From IMG/VR virus record IMGVR_UViG_3300021077_000115, positions 46,064 to 110,063 of that record: 64,000 nucleotides of DNA; one strand, given 5' to 3'. The notes beneath the pieces are model-generated. The model searched no databases. It saw only the letters and a list, made by a program, of their open reading frames with translations, and was not told the DNA's origin. This document shows positions 1 to 9,499 of this stretch, one piece after another (position 1 is the first letter of the stretch; every line of letters starts with the position of its first letter). The stretch comes from a virus. Made by a program: the position numbers and the translations under genes.

Positions 1-462
1 ATTGTTGATGACGACAAGTACGACTATTTAAATCAATGGAAGTGGTTTGCTAGGAAAAGCCATAGAACATATTATGCGGAGAGGAAAATTAGACTCATAA
101 CTGGTAAGCAGAAAACGATTCATATGCACCACGATGTATTTAGCTCTACTACTCAATTAGATCATATAGATGGAAATGGTTTAAATAATCAATTACTGAA
201 TCTTAGGGCTGCAAATTCACTTCAAAATAGCAGAAACAAAAAGAAACGAAATAATTGTTCTTCTATTTTTTATGGTGTTTCTTTGTATAAACCAACTGGA
301 AAGTGGCATGCTCAAATTAGAGCTGGCAATCTTCAAGAAAATGGAAATCATAAGAGAATACATCTTGGATATTTTGATCTAGAAATTGAGGCGGCTATAG
401 CTTATGATATGGCTGCTAAAAAGCACTTCGGAGAATTTGCAAAACTCAACTTCTCTCTTTGA
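1..462 (+). CDS. HNH homing endonuclease with C-terminal AP2 DNA-binding domain (5' end truncated by window edge)
   Basis: The frame is open from nt 1 (IVDDDKYDYLNQWKWF...). An HNH motif (HIDGNGLNNQLLNLRAAN) is followed by an AP2-like block (YGVS..KPTGKWHAQI...HLGYFDLEIEAAIAYDMAAKKHFGEFAKLNF). It lies on the plus strand among minus-strand genes, as is typical of free-standing HEGs. Confidence 0.8.
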   Translation: MVDDDKYDYLNQWKWFARKSHRTYYAERKIRLITGKQKTIHMHHDVFSSTTQLDHIDGNGLNNQLLNLRAANSLQNSRNKKKRNNCSSIFYGVSLYKPTGKWHAQIRAGNLQENGNHKRIHLGYFDLEIEAAIAYDMAAKKHFGEFAKLNFSL

Positions 463-715
463 GTAGAGCTACGGCTTTGCTAACCCAATCGGCATTATCT
501 ATGTCTCTGTAATTTATATCTGAATCTTCTCCTACTCTAATAAGATCACGCAGCCCATGCTCATCACAAAACAATGGTATATGGTGTAATGCTTGGCGAG
601 TTGCCGGTCCCTTGCAAACTTCACAGCATAAACGTGAGGCTCGAATGTCTAGCGCTTCGCGTATAAGTTGCGTGGCAGAATCATTCTTCTTAGCGTAGAA
701 TGGATTTTCACTCAT
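446..715 (-). CDS. hypothetical protein
   Basis: An 89-aa ORF on the dominant minus strand, contiguous with neighbours. It has a CxxC pair (CCEVCKG). Confidence 0.4.
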   Translation of the reverse strand: MSENPFYAKKNDSATQLIREALDIRASRLCCEVCKGPATRQALHHIPLFCDEHGLRDLIRVGEDSDINYRDIDNADWVSKAVALLKERS

Positions 716-972
716 AGCCCACCAACCGGATCTTTATAGAGACGTTTCTTGAATTCTGTTTGCAACTCTTCCAAGTCATACGATGCGTGGTATTGATCTT
801 CCCATGCCACTACAGCATCACACGCGCCCTGCATCGCCTCAAGCATACTTGTGTCGTGCAAATCAGCTCTCGCCTTCTGTATAGCAGCTCTGGTCTCTGG
901 AGTGTCCACAATCGGTATCGGTTTCGCAACACGCCGCATCAATTCATCGAATGTTATCTGTTCATATGTCAT
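712..972 (-). CDS. hypothetical protein
   Basis: An 86-aa minus-strand ORF with a 4-nt overlap to each neighbour. Confidence 0.45.
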   Translation of the reverse strand: MTYEQITFDELMRRVAKPIPIVDTPETRAAIQKARADLHDTSMLEAMQGACDAVVAWEDQYHASYDLEELQTEFKKRLYKDPVGGL

Positions 973-1250
973 ACCGTCTCCAGAATGTAGATCGGTTTAT
1001 ACTTGTTATCGATTGATATATCAAAAGATTCCATAACTACTGAGACAAATGATTCCCAATCCTCAAGTGTCGTACCTTTTCTGCTATGGAGAACCTTCTG
1101 TGGCTTCTTCCAATGCACATTATACTCCCTAAATGATTGGCAAAATCTAGCAACACAACGACCGTTTTTGTTTATCAAAACATTAAGTCCATCAATCTCG
1201 ATATTATGTGCCATTTTGTATATCTTCAAATGCCAATCTGGCTTCTTCAA
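969..1250 (-). CDS. hypothetical protein
   Basis: A 93-aa minus-strand ORF in an operon-like tiling. Confidence 0.45.
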   Translation of the reverse strand: MKKPDWHLKIYKMAHNIEIDGLNVLINKNGRCVARFCQSFREYNVHWKKPQKVLHSRKGTTLEDWESFVSVVMESFDISIDNKYKPIYILETV

Positions 1251-1384
1251 TTGTGCAGCGAAATGAAGTTCTTATTACTTCCGCATCTAATCTATCACCA
1301 ATCAATTTATGGAGTACTTTAACTCTCTCGACCAGATCATTATGAGGTAATTTATTCCTAACCAAATATACAGAGCATTCTCTT

Positions 1385-1666
1385 TCAAATAGTTTTTCTG
1401 AAATGATTCCCTGGGCTAGGGCCAATTGAAGGCCAAGGTGCATCTGCGCTAGTCAGCATAGTTGCTGACGCCATCATCTCAGGAGATTCTGGGTCAGCAT
1501 ACACCGCTCGAACAATCTTTGAATCGTGCAGTAGATAGTGAGCGCCGCCAGGTGTTTTGCTTTTGACTATTGGCTCGGGGCTAACATCTTCTTCCCAACT
1601 TGTAGGCAGCTCCAGTTCATACACTGAAAAATCCATTGCTGCCCACGTGGGGATTTCAATCGACAT
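1385..1666 (-). CDS. hypothetical protein (start taken at the MSIEI ATG that overlaps the upstream TGA)
   Basis: The 1385..1840 ORF overlaps the 1666..2238 ORF by 175 nt. An internal ATG at 1664-1666 forms an ATGA overlap with the upstream stop at 1666-1668. Confidence 0.4.
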   Translation of the reverse strand: MSIEIPTWAAMDFSVYELELPTSWEEDVSPEPIVKSKTPGGAHYLLHDSKIVRAVYADPESPEMMASATMLTSADAPWPSIGPSPGNHFRKTI

Positions 1667-2127
1667 CAGATTGGCCCTGAAGTTCTCGGCACCTTTCCAT
1701 GTACGCCAGACCCAACCGCCTTCGTAGGATGGCTCGTTTGCATCTGCGTCTCTGCGACCAAGCTTCTTGGTACCACCTGGCTCATTGATAGCTTGGTTGT
1801 AAGATGTAGTTCTGCCACATCTGGATTCTCTAGTACGCACGTAAGAGTTCCAGTATCTGGATAAGCCAATAAATGAATCATTGACTTGCAGTTTTTTCTA
1901 GTCCAACCATTACTAGTCCAGGATGCGTGAGATTCTCTATCTTTATACACAAAGACTTCCTTATAAACTCCTCCAAATAACTCTTGCAATTGAAGTAGTT
2001 TATTCTCTGTATCTGCTGCTTCAATGACGCCCTTGAGCCAGATACTTAAGATTGCATCAGCGGCACGATGGATCAAATCCTCAATAAGACAGGATGAATG
2101 TAGAGTGATATCACACCCGCCTATCAT
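1666..2127 (-). CDS. hypothetical protein (start taken at internal M adjacent to the upstream stop)
   Basis: The 190-aa ORF 1666..2238 overlaps ORF 2124..2327. The internal start MIGGCDITL at about 2127 abuts the upstream stop. Confidence 0.4.
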   Translation of the reverse strand: MIGGCDITLHSSCLIEDLIHRAADAILSIWLKGVIEAADTENKLLQLQELFGGVYKEVFVYKDRESHASWTSNGWTRKNCKSMIHLLAYPDTGTLTCVLENPDVAELHLTTKLSMSQVVPRSLVAETQMQTSHPTKAVGSGVHGKVPRTSGPI

Positions 2128-2327
2128 GGTGCCTCTAACATTCCTAAGAATCTGCCAGTCCCATCTATTGTCTCGGGCCCCACAAACTCGGCGAGAATCC
2201 CACGCTCCTGTGCATCGCGCGTGATAAGAGCACACCACATCATTATCGACGCCATGCTAACAGGATCCTTTGCGCAACTACATAGAATTAAACAAACAAT
2301 TGCTAAAAACTTATTCGTCATATTCAA
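2124..2327 (-). CDS. small putative secreted/lipoprotein
   Basis: The N-terminus MNMTNKFLAIVCLILCSCAKD looks like a signal peptide with Cys residues after the hydrophobic core. The ORF is 67 aa. Confidence 0.35.
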   Translation of the reverse strand: MNMTNKFLAIVCLILCSCAKDPVSMASIMMWCALITRDAQERGILAEFVGPETIDGTGRFLGMLEAP

Positions 2328-2965
2328 ACCTTCTTAATAATTGCTAATGGCTCTTGAGAGTATTTCATCGGAGTATCAAAACTAACTTGAAGCCCACCCT
2401 TTGGGTTTCGGTCCCAAGCTAAGCGATGGCGAATCACTTGGTGAAGATCCCAAGCTACACGGAATGTATCGCCAATCTCTTCGCTGGATATTCCACGACA
2501 ACCGAAATGATTTCCCGTCCAAACATTGGAGGCTTCCCTGGCTAGCCTTTTTACTTCTTCCAACCTCTCCGGCAACAGAGAGCTGGATTCTGATGGCTTG
2601 GTATATGAACCAAGAATGTGAGCTATCTCCTCAAGTTGTCCCATACCAATCCTTGAGAATAAATCCAAGGCTTCCGTAATTACCCGCGCTTGACGCTCAG
2701 TAAGAGATAAATGATATGGCCTAGGATAATCATCCTTTGGTAACTCAACTTGAGATTTTAGCTTTATTCTAAGAACTCTATCAGCAGAACCCTTGGTTGG
2801 ATGAGTTGATACTAAGCTATACCATTCATCATCCATCTTGAAACTCTGATGGGCGCGCTCTTTGCCCTCTAGAATATCTGTGGTAACCACCGCCCATTTA
2901 TGAGACGCCACCTCTGGGTATACAATGTGGTGCGGAATATCTCTGATGAGAACTGCTTTATACAT
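2324..2965 (-). CDS. hypothetical protein
   Basis: A 213-aa minus-strand ORF with no recognised motif. Confidence 0.5.
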   Translation of the reverse strand: MYKAVLIRDIPHHIVYPEVASHKWAVVTTDILEGKERAHQSFKMDDEWYSLVSTHPTKGSADRVLRIKLKSQVELPKDDYPRPYHLSLTERQARVITEALDLFSRIGMGQLEEIAHILGSYTKPSESSSLLPERLEEVKRLAREASNVWTGNHFGCRGISSEEIGDTFRVAWDLHQVIRHRLAWDRNPKGGLQVSFDTPMKYSQEPLAIIKKV

Positions 2966-2972
2966 TAGTTTA

Positions 2973-3470
2973 TTATACCCTCTTTAGGTCTTCAACATAT
3001 CTAGATTGAACCACTTCCAGTTTCTTATTTCCGGGCCTGATTGCTTTCGCTGCGGCATCAACCGGTGAAATAAAAACAAGTGATAACAATTCATCTTTCG
3101 TGAAGTGCCTTGGATTCTTTGAGTTTGGTGATATAAAGGAACAACCAAGAAGGCCAATAGCAACAACATTCCATCCCTCGAACTTACCTGAAAAGTTGCT
3201 GCCGCTAGCACGAAAGTTACTGGCAGGAATAGTTATTGACAGTCTCTTTAGCTTACCAGAAATCTTAATCGGCTTCTTTGTTTTGGCTATGTAGTAGCCA
3301 TAGCTCTTACCAGCGTCGCAAATCTCTGGTGTAATTCCGAATTTGGCTTCAAAGATCTTTGTTGCCTCATCGACACCTTCAGCCAGGACGGCTTCATAAA
3401 CCATCCTATGTACATTTGAATTGTGCCCACGGAAGACTCCAATACACGGAAAGAATGTGCGACGTTGCAT
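2973..3470 (-). CDS. hypothetical protein; paralogous to the C-terminal domain of the 15390..16397 product
   Basis: Shared blocks VYEA(V/I)..A.EA.K.FEAK(F/Y)G..P.ICD.G..Y....YY(I/V)AK, ITIPA...R.SG.NF(S/T)G.FKGWNV(V/I)A.G and KDEL(L/M)S.V also occur in the 335-aa protein at 15390..16397. Confidence 0.5.
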   Translation of the reverse strand: MQRRTFFPCIGVFRGHNSNVHRMVYEAVLAEGVDEATKIFEAKFGITPEICDAGKSYGYYIAKTKKPIKISGKLKRLSITIPASNFRASGSNFSGKFEGWNVVAIGLLGCSFISPNSKNPRHFTKDELLSLVFISPVDAAAKAIRPGNKKLEVVQSRYVEDLKRV

Positions 3471-3841
3471 CAGTGAGCCTCACTTACCTTGCCATCCCTA
3501 CGCCGCTCTTCTGCAATTGCAGTCTCCGCAATCAATCTGAACCTCTCCCATAGCGGAGCGAACTCAGCCTGTATATCTTGATGTTCGCCCTTGAAAGTTT
3601 GGTAGCCAACTACCTCTTCAAGCTCCTTCCAATCGCCTTGGATGACGGCTTCAATAGCCATTTCTCCGAACGATGTAGAGAAGATGCTGACCTTCTTGAT
3701 CTCCTCAAGCTCAACAGCAAGGGCAATGATAGTCTTCAATCGATGCTTGCGCGTAGCCTTATCAGCCAAACACCATGAACGCATGATTGCTTCTAGTTGA
3801 CGTTCCTCGAACATCGCCATTAGCTTTTCAGATATTGACAT
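3470..3841 (-). CDS. hypothetical protein
   Basis: A 123-aa ORF whose start overlaps the upstream stop at 3470. Confidence 0.5.
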   Translation of the reverse strand: MSISEKLMAMFEERQLEAIMRSWCLADKATRKHRLKTIIALAVELEEIKKVSIFSTSFGEMAIEAVIQGDWKELEEVVGYQTFKGEHQDIQAEFAPLWERFRLIAETAIAEERRRDGKVSEAH

Positions 3842-4013
3842 TACGAATCTTCTTCAGGTAGGTATTGGTTCTTTATCCGGAGATCTGGCGGCCCAATTTC
3901 GGCAGTGTCCATATTTATTTCTGTCTTTACAGGATGATATGGAGCTGAGCCTGGCTTATTGTGAGCCGTTGCCTTACAATGATCGCACTCTGCACAAATC
4001 GTAATAGCACTCA

Positions 4014-5105
4014 TTAGTATTCAATCTCCAAGAAATCGTCTAGCTTAAAATACTTATCAAGCAAGTGCAGGGCTTCATCATAAGTGAAATCATCAAGGCC
4101 TGTGTATGGAGACTTATCCATAATAGTAACCTTGGCTCCTGAGTATGGGAGTATTTCGCATATGCGTTTGGCAATCAACTCTCCAGCAAGACAATCATCG
4201 AATCGATCGCGAGAGATATGCCGGCCAAGATTACCAGCAAAGAACTCAGTGTATACTTTTCGTAGCGCCTTCTTTTTCCGATTGCTTGTGCATGATACAA
4301 ACGTTAGCACACCATACCCATGCAGCTGATAGATCATACCCATGCTGAAGTAGGAGAGCCCACGCTTATCTCTAATCTCTTGGAGCAGCGGAGACTCAAT
4401 GCCATCATTGATGCACTTGAGAACCAAACCAACTCTATTCATTTCGCTATCTGGTATTATACACTCTCCCAACAAACCAACTACAGTCTTGCCTTTCTTT
4501 AGAACCGTCTCTAGCGGTACGTCGTAATTCCCAAGCATTGGCATTGGCGATCCAATACCAGGTAGAGATTCAATTTCCTGCGATAAATAAAGCTGCTTAC
4601 CAACTTGACATAACAACATCGGAGTTGTGAAGTTCTTTCGAAAGTCCAATGAGTCTTGGTATGAGAAGCGCTCGATGTCAGGCCTGAAGCCAATAGGATC
4701 GAAGTAATTGTAGTGCCTACGAAACACATTAGAGATTGTGCCACTCACCTGCTCATTGAATGCATCTTCGTATTCTTGTATGACCGTTAGCTTCTCGTTG
4801 TTGAATTCTTCTTCCGTCCACGTGTATGTGCCGGAAGTAATCAGGTTATAAAGTTCCTGGGCCATAACACCCAGGCTTTTATCGAGACCTTCGAAGTAGA
4901 ACACTAGGCGATTAGTGTCGGTGTACACTTCGTAGTTCAACCCAAGCCTCTTGAGCCTGGGCAGCAGGCTATCGAAGCACTTGCTCATCAAATGTTCCAT
5001 GAGATGGTTCGTGCCGCGCACGCCATCGTATTCGAAATCGCTACCCATTCGGTAGGCAATTCCCAGAAAGCCCATGCCGATGTCACTTGGTATGTAGATG
5101 TTCAT
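4014..5105 (-). CDS. M16-family (pitrilysin/insulinase-like) zinc peptidase homolog
   Basis: The inverted zinc-binding motif HxxEH (GTNHLMEHLMSKCF) sits near the N-terminus of a ~364-aa protein. The start is taken at MNIYIPSD (5103-5105), which makes an ATGA-type overlap with the stop of ORF 5102..5518. Confidence 0.6.
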   Translation of the reverse strand: MNIYIPSDIGMGFLGIAYRMGSDFEYDGVRGTNHLMEHLMSKCFDSLLPRLKRLGLNYEVYTDTNRLVFYFEGLDKSLGVMAQELYNLITSGTYTWTEEEFNNEKLTVIQEYEDAFNEQVSGTISNVFRRHYNYFDPIGFRPDIERFSYQDSLDFRKNFTTPMLLCQVGKQLYLSQEIESLPGIGSPMPMLGNYDVPLETVLKKGKTVVGLLGECIIPDSEMNRVGLVLKCINDGIESPLLQEIRDKRGLSYFSMGMIYQLHGYGVLTFVSCTSNRKKKALRKVYTEFFAGNLGRHISRDRFDDCLAGELIAKRICEILPYSGAKVTIMDKSPYTGLDDFTYDEALHLLDKYFKLDDFLEIEY

Positions 5106-5518
5106 AATGAAGAATCCTTTTTGATTGGCTGAGCCATCGCATAAGCAAGGCAATGAATGCAGTATTCCCGCGTCTTGCCAGGCGGATGCTCTAATGGCAA
5201 GACATGTTGGAAACCATGACGCCTGCACCATCTACGGGATTTTAACTCATCAAGGATTCGTTTAGATTCCTCCTTGACAACCTCCGCCGAGACGTAAGCC
5301 ATGATTGCTGCGGTTGCAATCTTCTCCCTAAGAGACCAATAAAAGATCTCTCCACACTTAGGGCAGGCATCGCCGTCTGCGCCATCTTTAGGATCATCTG
5401 ACGGTGGGATCTTGGTTCCGCAAGACTTGCATAAAGCCTCTGGAAGAAGAAACAGAGCTTCGTATGGGGCGTCGAATCCTCCCATGTCAGTTACTCTTTC
5501 TAGACTCATCAACATCAA
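5102..5518 (-). CDS. hypothetical zinc-ribbon protein
   Basis: The 138-aa ORF has a CKSCGTK...CPKCGE (CxxC...CxxC) motif. Confidence 0.45.
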   Translation of the reverse strand: MMLMSLERVTDMGGFDAPYEALFLLPEALCKSCGTKIPPSDDPKDGADGDACPKCGEIFYWSLREKIATAAIMAYVSAEVVKEESKRILDELKSRRWCRRHGFQHVLPLEHPPGKTREYCIHCLAYAMAQPIKKDSSL

Positions 5519-6347
5519 TGGTCTTGCAAATGGTCGGATGAAGTTTTTGATCTATTTTTTGTTGTAGTTTGAAAAGATCTGTCGTTTGAAATATACTTAC
5601 CAAAGAAGAACAATGTTCAATGATAGAGTCTGCGACTTTAGCAATCTCTTGGTTCTCTTTGACCTCTCGCAGAACATCTTCTACTGACCAAGTGAGTGTC
5701 TTTCCTGTCAGTGGGTAATTTTTAATCTGATACGGCGACATCAATTCGGCGAGCCTCTCCATCTTGGCTAGGGCATGACGCCAAGCCCGAGCTTCGTCGT
5801 TATCATCGAAGGGCAATATAGCCTCGGTACCGAAACCATTCTCATGCAACCAGACATCTCCAGCAGATATCTTTGAAAGATCAACTACTGTTGATGGTGA
5901 GTGGCCATTGTAGAATCTGCTTATATCAATCTCATTACCCATGTACAGATTGGCAAAGAAGCAATCGACAGTTTTGTATCCTGGCATAGCCATCTCAATT
6001 CTAACGCTGCGCTGCTTGGTATTGAACATGAAGTAAGCATGCTCATCTTCATCTTCTCGCCTCCACTTGGACATGCACTTACCTTTATCCTCTGGGGCTA
6101 TATCCCAATGAAAGGTAAGCCAACCCGTGCTCAAGTCAAACTCAGTTTTCTTGTATGGCGCATCCTTGGTCATAACAATCGATTGAGTTACTTGAAGCGG
6201 CTCGCCCGCTGGACGCTCAGCAACATGGCGTGTGCAGTTGCAGATGGGATGATCGCATTCTTCTTTCGGCGGAGCATGCTCTGCGAAGCGAAGTGTTTGG
6301 GTTTCGCCCTTGAAGAAACTGTAACGTGTTACCGATATTTCGTTCAT
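5487..6347 (-). CDS. hypothetical protein
   Basis: An ORF of about 286 aa. The start is taken at MNEISVTRYS, next to the upstream stop at 6344. Confidence 0.5.
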   Translation of the reverse strand: MNEISVTRYSFFKGETQTLRFAEHAPPKEECDHPICNCTRHVAERPAGEPLQVTQSIVMTKDAPYKKTEFDLSTGWLTFHWDIAPEDKGKCMSKWRREDEDEHAYFMFNTKQRSVRIEMAMPGYKTVDCFFANLYMGNEIDISRFYNGHSPSTVVDLSKISAGDVWLHENGFGTEAILPFDDNDEARAWRHALAKMERLAELMSPYQIKNYPLTGKTLTWSVEDVLREVKENQEIAKVADSIIEHCSSLVSIFQTTDLFKLQQKIDQKLHPTICKTIDVDESRKSN

Positions 6348-6781
6348 ATCAATTCCTTTGTGTAGTAGCCATACACGCATCTAGTACCGTCTCGCGAGCA
6401 ATCGTGATTGTCATAGAGAACGCGATCAATGACTGCCGTTAAATGGTGAGAGACTCTAACAATAATCCTACCCATCGGCAGCTCATCGGCACTTAGATGA
6501 ACCTTGCAACCAGATCCAACATGCATTAAGGGAACCCAGATGAAGCCAAGGCTTAGGATGAATTTCTTGTGAGTGAAGTGCCCAAGCACATTACCACCAC
6601 CATCAGCATCCCAACCTTGCCACTCAGTCAGGGAGTCATGGACTTCCTTGTATGGGCGCTCAGATATGATTGCAATGGCCCGTGTAACGCAGTCCCCGGC
6701 TTCGCCCACGAAACCAGCAGCTGCTCGGCCTCCATCGTTATGTACGAATCTAATCCCCATGATACTTGGCCTCCATTTCAT
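6344..6781 (-). CDS. hypothetical protein
   Basis: The ORF 6344..6901 is trimmed to an internal M close to the upstream stop at 6750. The start is uncertain. Confidence 0.4.
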   Translation of the reverse strand: MKWRPSIMGIRFVHNDGGRAAAGFVGEAGDCVTRAIAIISERPYKEVHDSLTEWQGWDADGGGNVLGHFTHKKFILSLGFIWVPLMHVGSGCKVHLSADELPMGRIIVRVSHHLTAVIDRVLYDNHDCSRDGTRCVYGYYTKELI

Positions 6782-7388
6782 GCAACCATTGTTTGAGTGG
6801 TTCGTTACCAACACTGCAGGCCAATGGATCTTGGCAATCTCCAAGCTCATCATGTTTCCATTCGCCCGGCACAGACATCGTGTACGGCTTGCCCTCTCCA
6901 TTCACATAGCTTTTCTCTTGAGGCCCGTCTGGAAACATAATGTATGCGCAAGGCTTATCACATCTTTCACAAACTGTTCCGAGACTTGTATCTAACTTGA
7001 TATTAGTTGGAAGCTCTTCCAATAACTCTTCGGGCTTGACTGTACCAAAGGCTTCATTCTCCCAATGATATTCTTCGAATGGATACACGCTGCCGAACTT
7101 GGTACGCAACCCAATGAATCCGCCAGTAGCCTCACGGAAGACACCGAAGGTTAAATTCCGCGAATGAATGCGGTATAAGAAACGGTCTTTGCATTTAGCT
7201 CTGGAGATATATACTTCTTCAATATCACTAACATCCACAAGCCCACACTTTGGACAGTTAGCATGAGTCGCAAACCCAATGGCAGTTTCAACTCGCTGAC
7301 CACAAAAACAACATTTGAATACATTAGTTCTATCACCTGGCCTCATAGGATTACCTTTCGCATTCCAGCCTAACCCATCTTTGTCCAT
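6750..7388 (-). CDS. hypothetical protein with two CxxC...CxxC zinc-ribbon-like motifs
   Basis: The 212-aa ORF has CCFCGQ...CPKCG and CERCDKPC motifs. Confidence 0.5.
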   Translation of the reverse strand: MDKDGLGWNAKGNPMRPGDRTNVFKCCFCGQRVETAIGFATHANCPKCGLVDVSDIEEVYISRAKCKDRFLYRIHSRNLTFGVFREATGGFIGLRTKFGSVYPFEEYHWENEAFGTVKPEELLEELPTNIKLDTSLGTVCERCDKPCAYIMFPDGPQEKSYVNGEGKPYTMSVPGEWKHDELGDCQDPLACSVGNEPLKQWLHEMEAKYHGD

Positions 7389-7682
7389 GGCCGTCTATCA
7401 ATAGAACTTTAGCACCGACCTCGGCTAGCTTTGCGCGAACCTGTTCAGCCTCGGCTCTATTCACTCCGCGTCTAACGAATCTACCATAGGAGACTCCCGT
7501 TTGGGAGTCTCGCGCCACTTGAGCAACTCCTCCAACATCTCGCGGATTTTATCAATCCTATTACCTTCAATGAAGTAAGGGGTGTGTCTAGATACTGGAG
7601 CATGTCATCGATGTCTTTGTTTTCAATTCCCATATAACATCTCCATTATACCATAGATGTAATTGAAGTCAAGACATCTTAT

Positions 7683-8006
7683 TTAGCCATCATGTCTTGG
7701 CACTTTACCTTCAAGTACAGATTGTATTGCACTACTACATTCATCAAGCGTTTCTTTGAAGTCAGAGCGCTTAGCAACCGAATCTGAAGAGTCTAAATGT
7801 TGTGGACGCTTGATTCCAAACGCATCTCCAATGCGTATTAGCTCGCCACGCAGCGCTGTGTCATTGCGCATTCTGGAGAGAACCTTGTAGAAATATGCGT
7901 CCTCTATTATTATTAGATGTGAATTGTCCTTATACATATCACCAATACTTACGTAAGAAGTGTGCGATAACCCACACAACAAAACCGAAGATACCAACTC
8001 CGGCAA
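7683..8006 (-). CDS. hypothetical protein
   Basis: A 107-aa minus-strand ORF. Confidence 0.4.
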   Translation of the reverse strand: MPELVSSVLLCGLSHTSYVSIGDMYKDNSHLIIIEDAYFYKVLSRMRNDTALRGELIRIGDAFGIKRPQHLDSSDSVAKRSDFKETLDECSSAIQSVLEGKVPRHDG

Positions 8007-8106
8007 TTACTTGGAATATGATAACGTGAATCGCTTCACTGCCTGATTAAAGTTATTGTCGAAGTTTTCAAATTGCTTTTCGATCTCGCCAGGTAATTTG
8101 CCACCG

Positions 8107-8334
8107 TCATGGAACATAAGATAAATACTCCCGAATGGTTTCTTGTATGTGAGAAAGAAGACTGCGCTCCAACCTTCTCACTGTTGTAATTTTTACCAAA
8201 GAAATATGAGACTTTTCTACCAGGAACTTCAGCCAGGTATACTCCGGATGATACTGAACCAAGTGTTCCAGATGTTCTTTGAAATCTCTAAGCTTGTCAT
8301 CTGGGATATTAATTGGAACGGTAATTGTGATCAT
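8107..8334 (-). CDS. hypothetical protein
   Basis: A 75-aa ORF whose start overlaps the upstream stop at 8331-8334. Confidence 0.35.
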   Translation of the reverse strand: MITITVPINIPDDKLRDFKEHLEHLVQYHPEYTWLKFLVEKSHISLVKITTVRRLERSLLSHIQETIREYLSYVP

Positions 8335-8822
8335 GACAAGTCTTCTTTGTTTTGAACCTTATTCTGACGAGCCCCTCTCATTATCATCTCCATCAGATCA
8401 GACTTCATCATCTCAACGGTATCCTTGATCGCGGCCATCTCATAATGTTCGGCAGCATGCTTGACGAAGCTCGGCAAACCCTGCTTGCCAAGGCTGGCCA
8501 CCTCGGCGCAACCAGTCATTATAATGCACACCATCTCGTGAAAGATGTTGAACCCCACCAGCCCTATCAACAATGAACGATTTTCACCGCTTATTTCATT
8601 GGTGGCTTCTTCCAAAGCTACACGAAGCTTGCTTAGGAATTCGTTAGTCAAAACTTGAAAGTCTTTAGCAAACTCACCCACTAAGACTTTTGATTTATCT
8701 ATCAAGATATTAGCCATATCCTCACTGGCGGAGTGCTTGATCAGCTCGCTAACTAGTTCCTCTCTGCTTCTGTACCGAGCAGGATTTGTATCTTTATGCT
8801 CTTCCATATCTATCCTTTGCAA
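8331..8822 (-). CDS. hypothetical protein
   Basis: A 163-aa minus-strand ORF. Confidence 0.45.
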   Translation of the reverse strand: MQRIDMEEHKDTNPARYRSREELVSELIKHSASEDMANILIDKSKVLVGEFAKDFQVLTNEFLSKLRVALEEATNEISGENRSLLIGLVGFNIFHEMVCIIMTGCAEVASLGKQGLPSFVKHAAEHYEMAAIKDTVEMMKSDLMEMIMRGARQNKVQNKEDLS

Positions 8823-8859
8823 CTACTATCAAAAGCCAACTGGCTTAAAGGATTCGCTT

Positions 8860-9435
8860 TTACATTTGGGAACGCCCACATCCAGAATGATGTTCTTCTC
8901 CTGGTAAGATGCCGCATTCAGGGCAACGGCGCAGCTCAGCAGGAATCAGCTTCAGAATCTCTATGAAGTCCCAACCCACTTCGACGCGCCCCGAGGCCTG
9001 TATAGCAAGTGCTACTCGCGCTATGCGGTCAAGCAATTCCTCACGATTCTTCTTCTCAAGCTCAGGCCCGCCCATGAAGTATTCGAATCTCTTACGCTGA
9101 TCATCCGTCATTGCCTCGCCGGTATAGGACGCATGCCTTTTTACCCACTCATCAATCGGTACGAAGATGCGCGAATCGTAGAAGTCTTTGGCATCAGAGT
9201 TGAAACTAATCCAGCCTTTGCAAGAGGCTGCCAACTTGCGCAGCAACTTGATCTCGTGCTCTGGCCAGTTCCAATTGAGTTCATCATCTTCACTTGGCTT
9301 TGGCTCTGGGCTTATCAACATCTCCCACATCGTATGTTCGATGCCCCCCACCCATCCAGCACAATGATCTCTCTCGGAGATGCGCTCCAAGATGCTGATG
9401 ATAGCACAGGCCTCAGAAGGGAGTGGTGTTTTCAT
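8860..9435 (-). CDS. hypothetical protein with C-terminal CPECG...HSGCG zinc motif
   Basis: A 191-aa ORF. Confidence 0.45.
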   Translation of the reverse strand: MKTPLPSEACAIISILERISERDHCAGWVGGIEHTMWEMLISPEPKPSEDDELNWNWPEHEIKLLRKLAASCKGWISFNSDAKDFYDSRIFVPIDEWVKRHASYTGEAMTDDQRKRFEYFMGGPELEKKNREELLDRIARVALAIQASGRVEVGWDFIEILKLIPAELRRCPECGILPGEEHHSGCGRSQM

Positions 9436-9499
9436 TAGTCATCACTTGGTGGGGAGGTGACCGATCAAAGTCACCTCCCCAATGGCTGGTAAGCCTGAT

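Noticed and set aside
760-990. Many plus-strand ORFs of 60-150 aa lie antisense to minus-strand genes. Examples are 760..990, 5901..6365, 6573..6995, 9423..9740, 25033..25386, 37129..37779, 44078..44492 and 61453..61812. The same applies to the minus-strand ORF 41383..41700, which is antisense to the TGG-repeat region of the lipoprotein.
   Set aside because: They sit fully inside longer ORFs on the opposite strand that carry recognisable motifs, or inside ORFs that follow the tight operon tiling. Several are low-complexity mirror translations, for example Pro-rich antisense of Gly-rich repeats. I treated them as spurious.
7389-7682. A 290-bp stretch has no track ORF. It contains three short out-of-frame ORF pieces, one with an L7/L12-CTD-like NRAEAEQVRAKLAEVGAKVLL segment. 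I considered a frameshifted pseudogene.
   Set aside because: Each piece is also compatible with independent small genes below the 60-aa track cutoff (about 49 aa and about 30 aa). There is no strong family signature, so I did not call it a feature.
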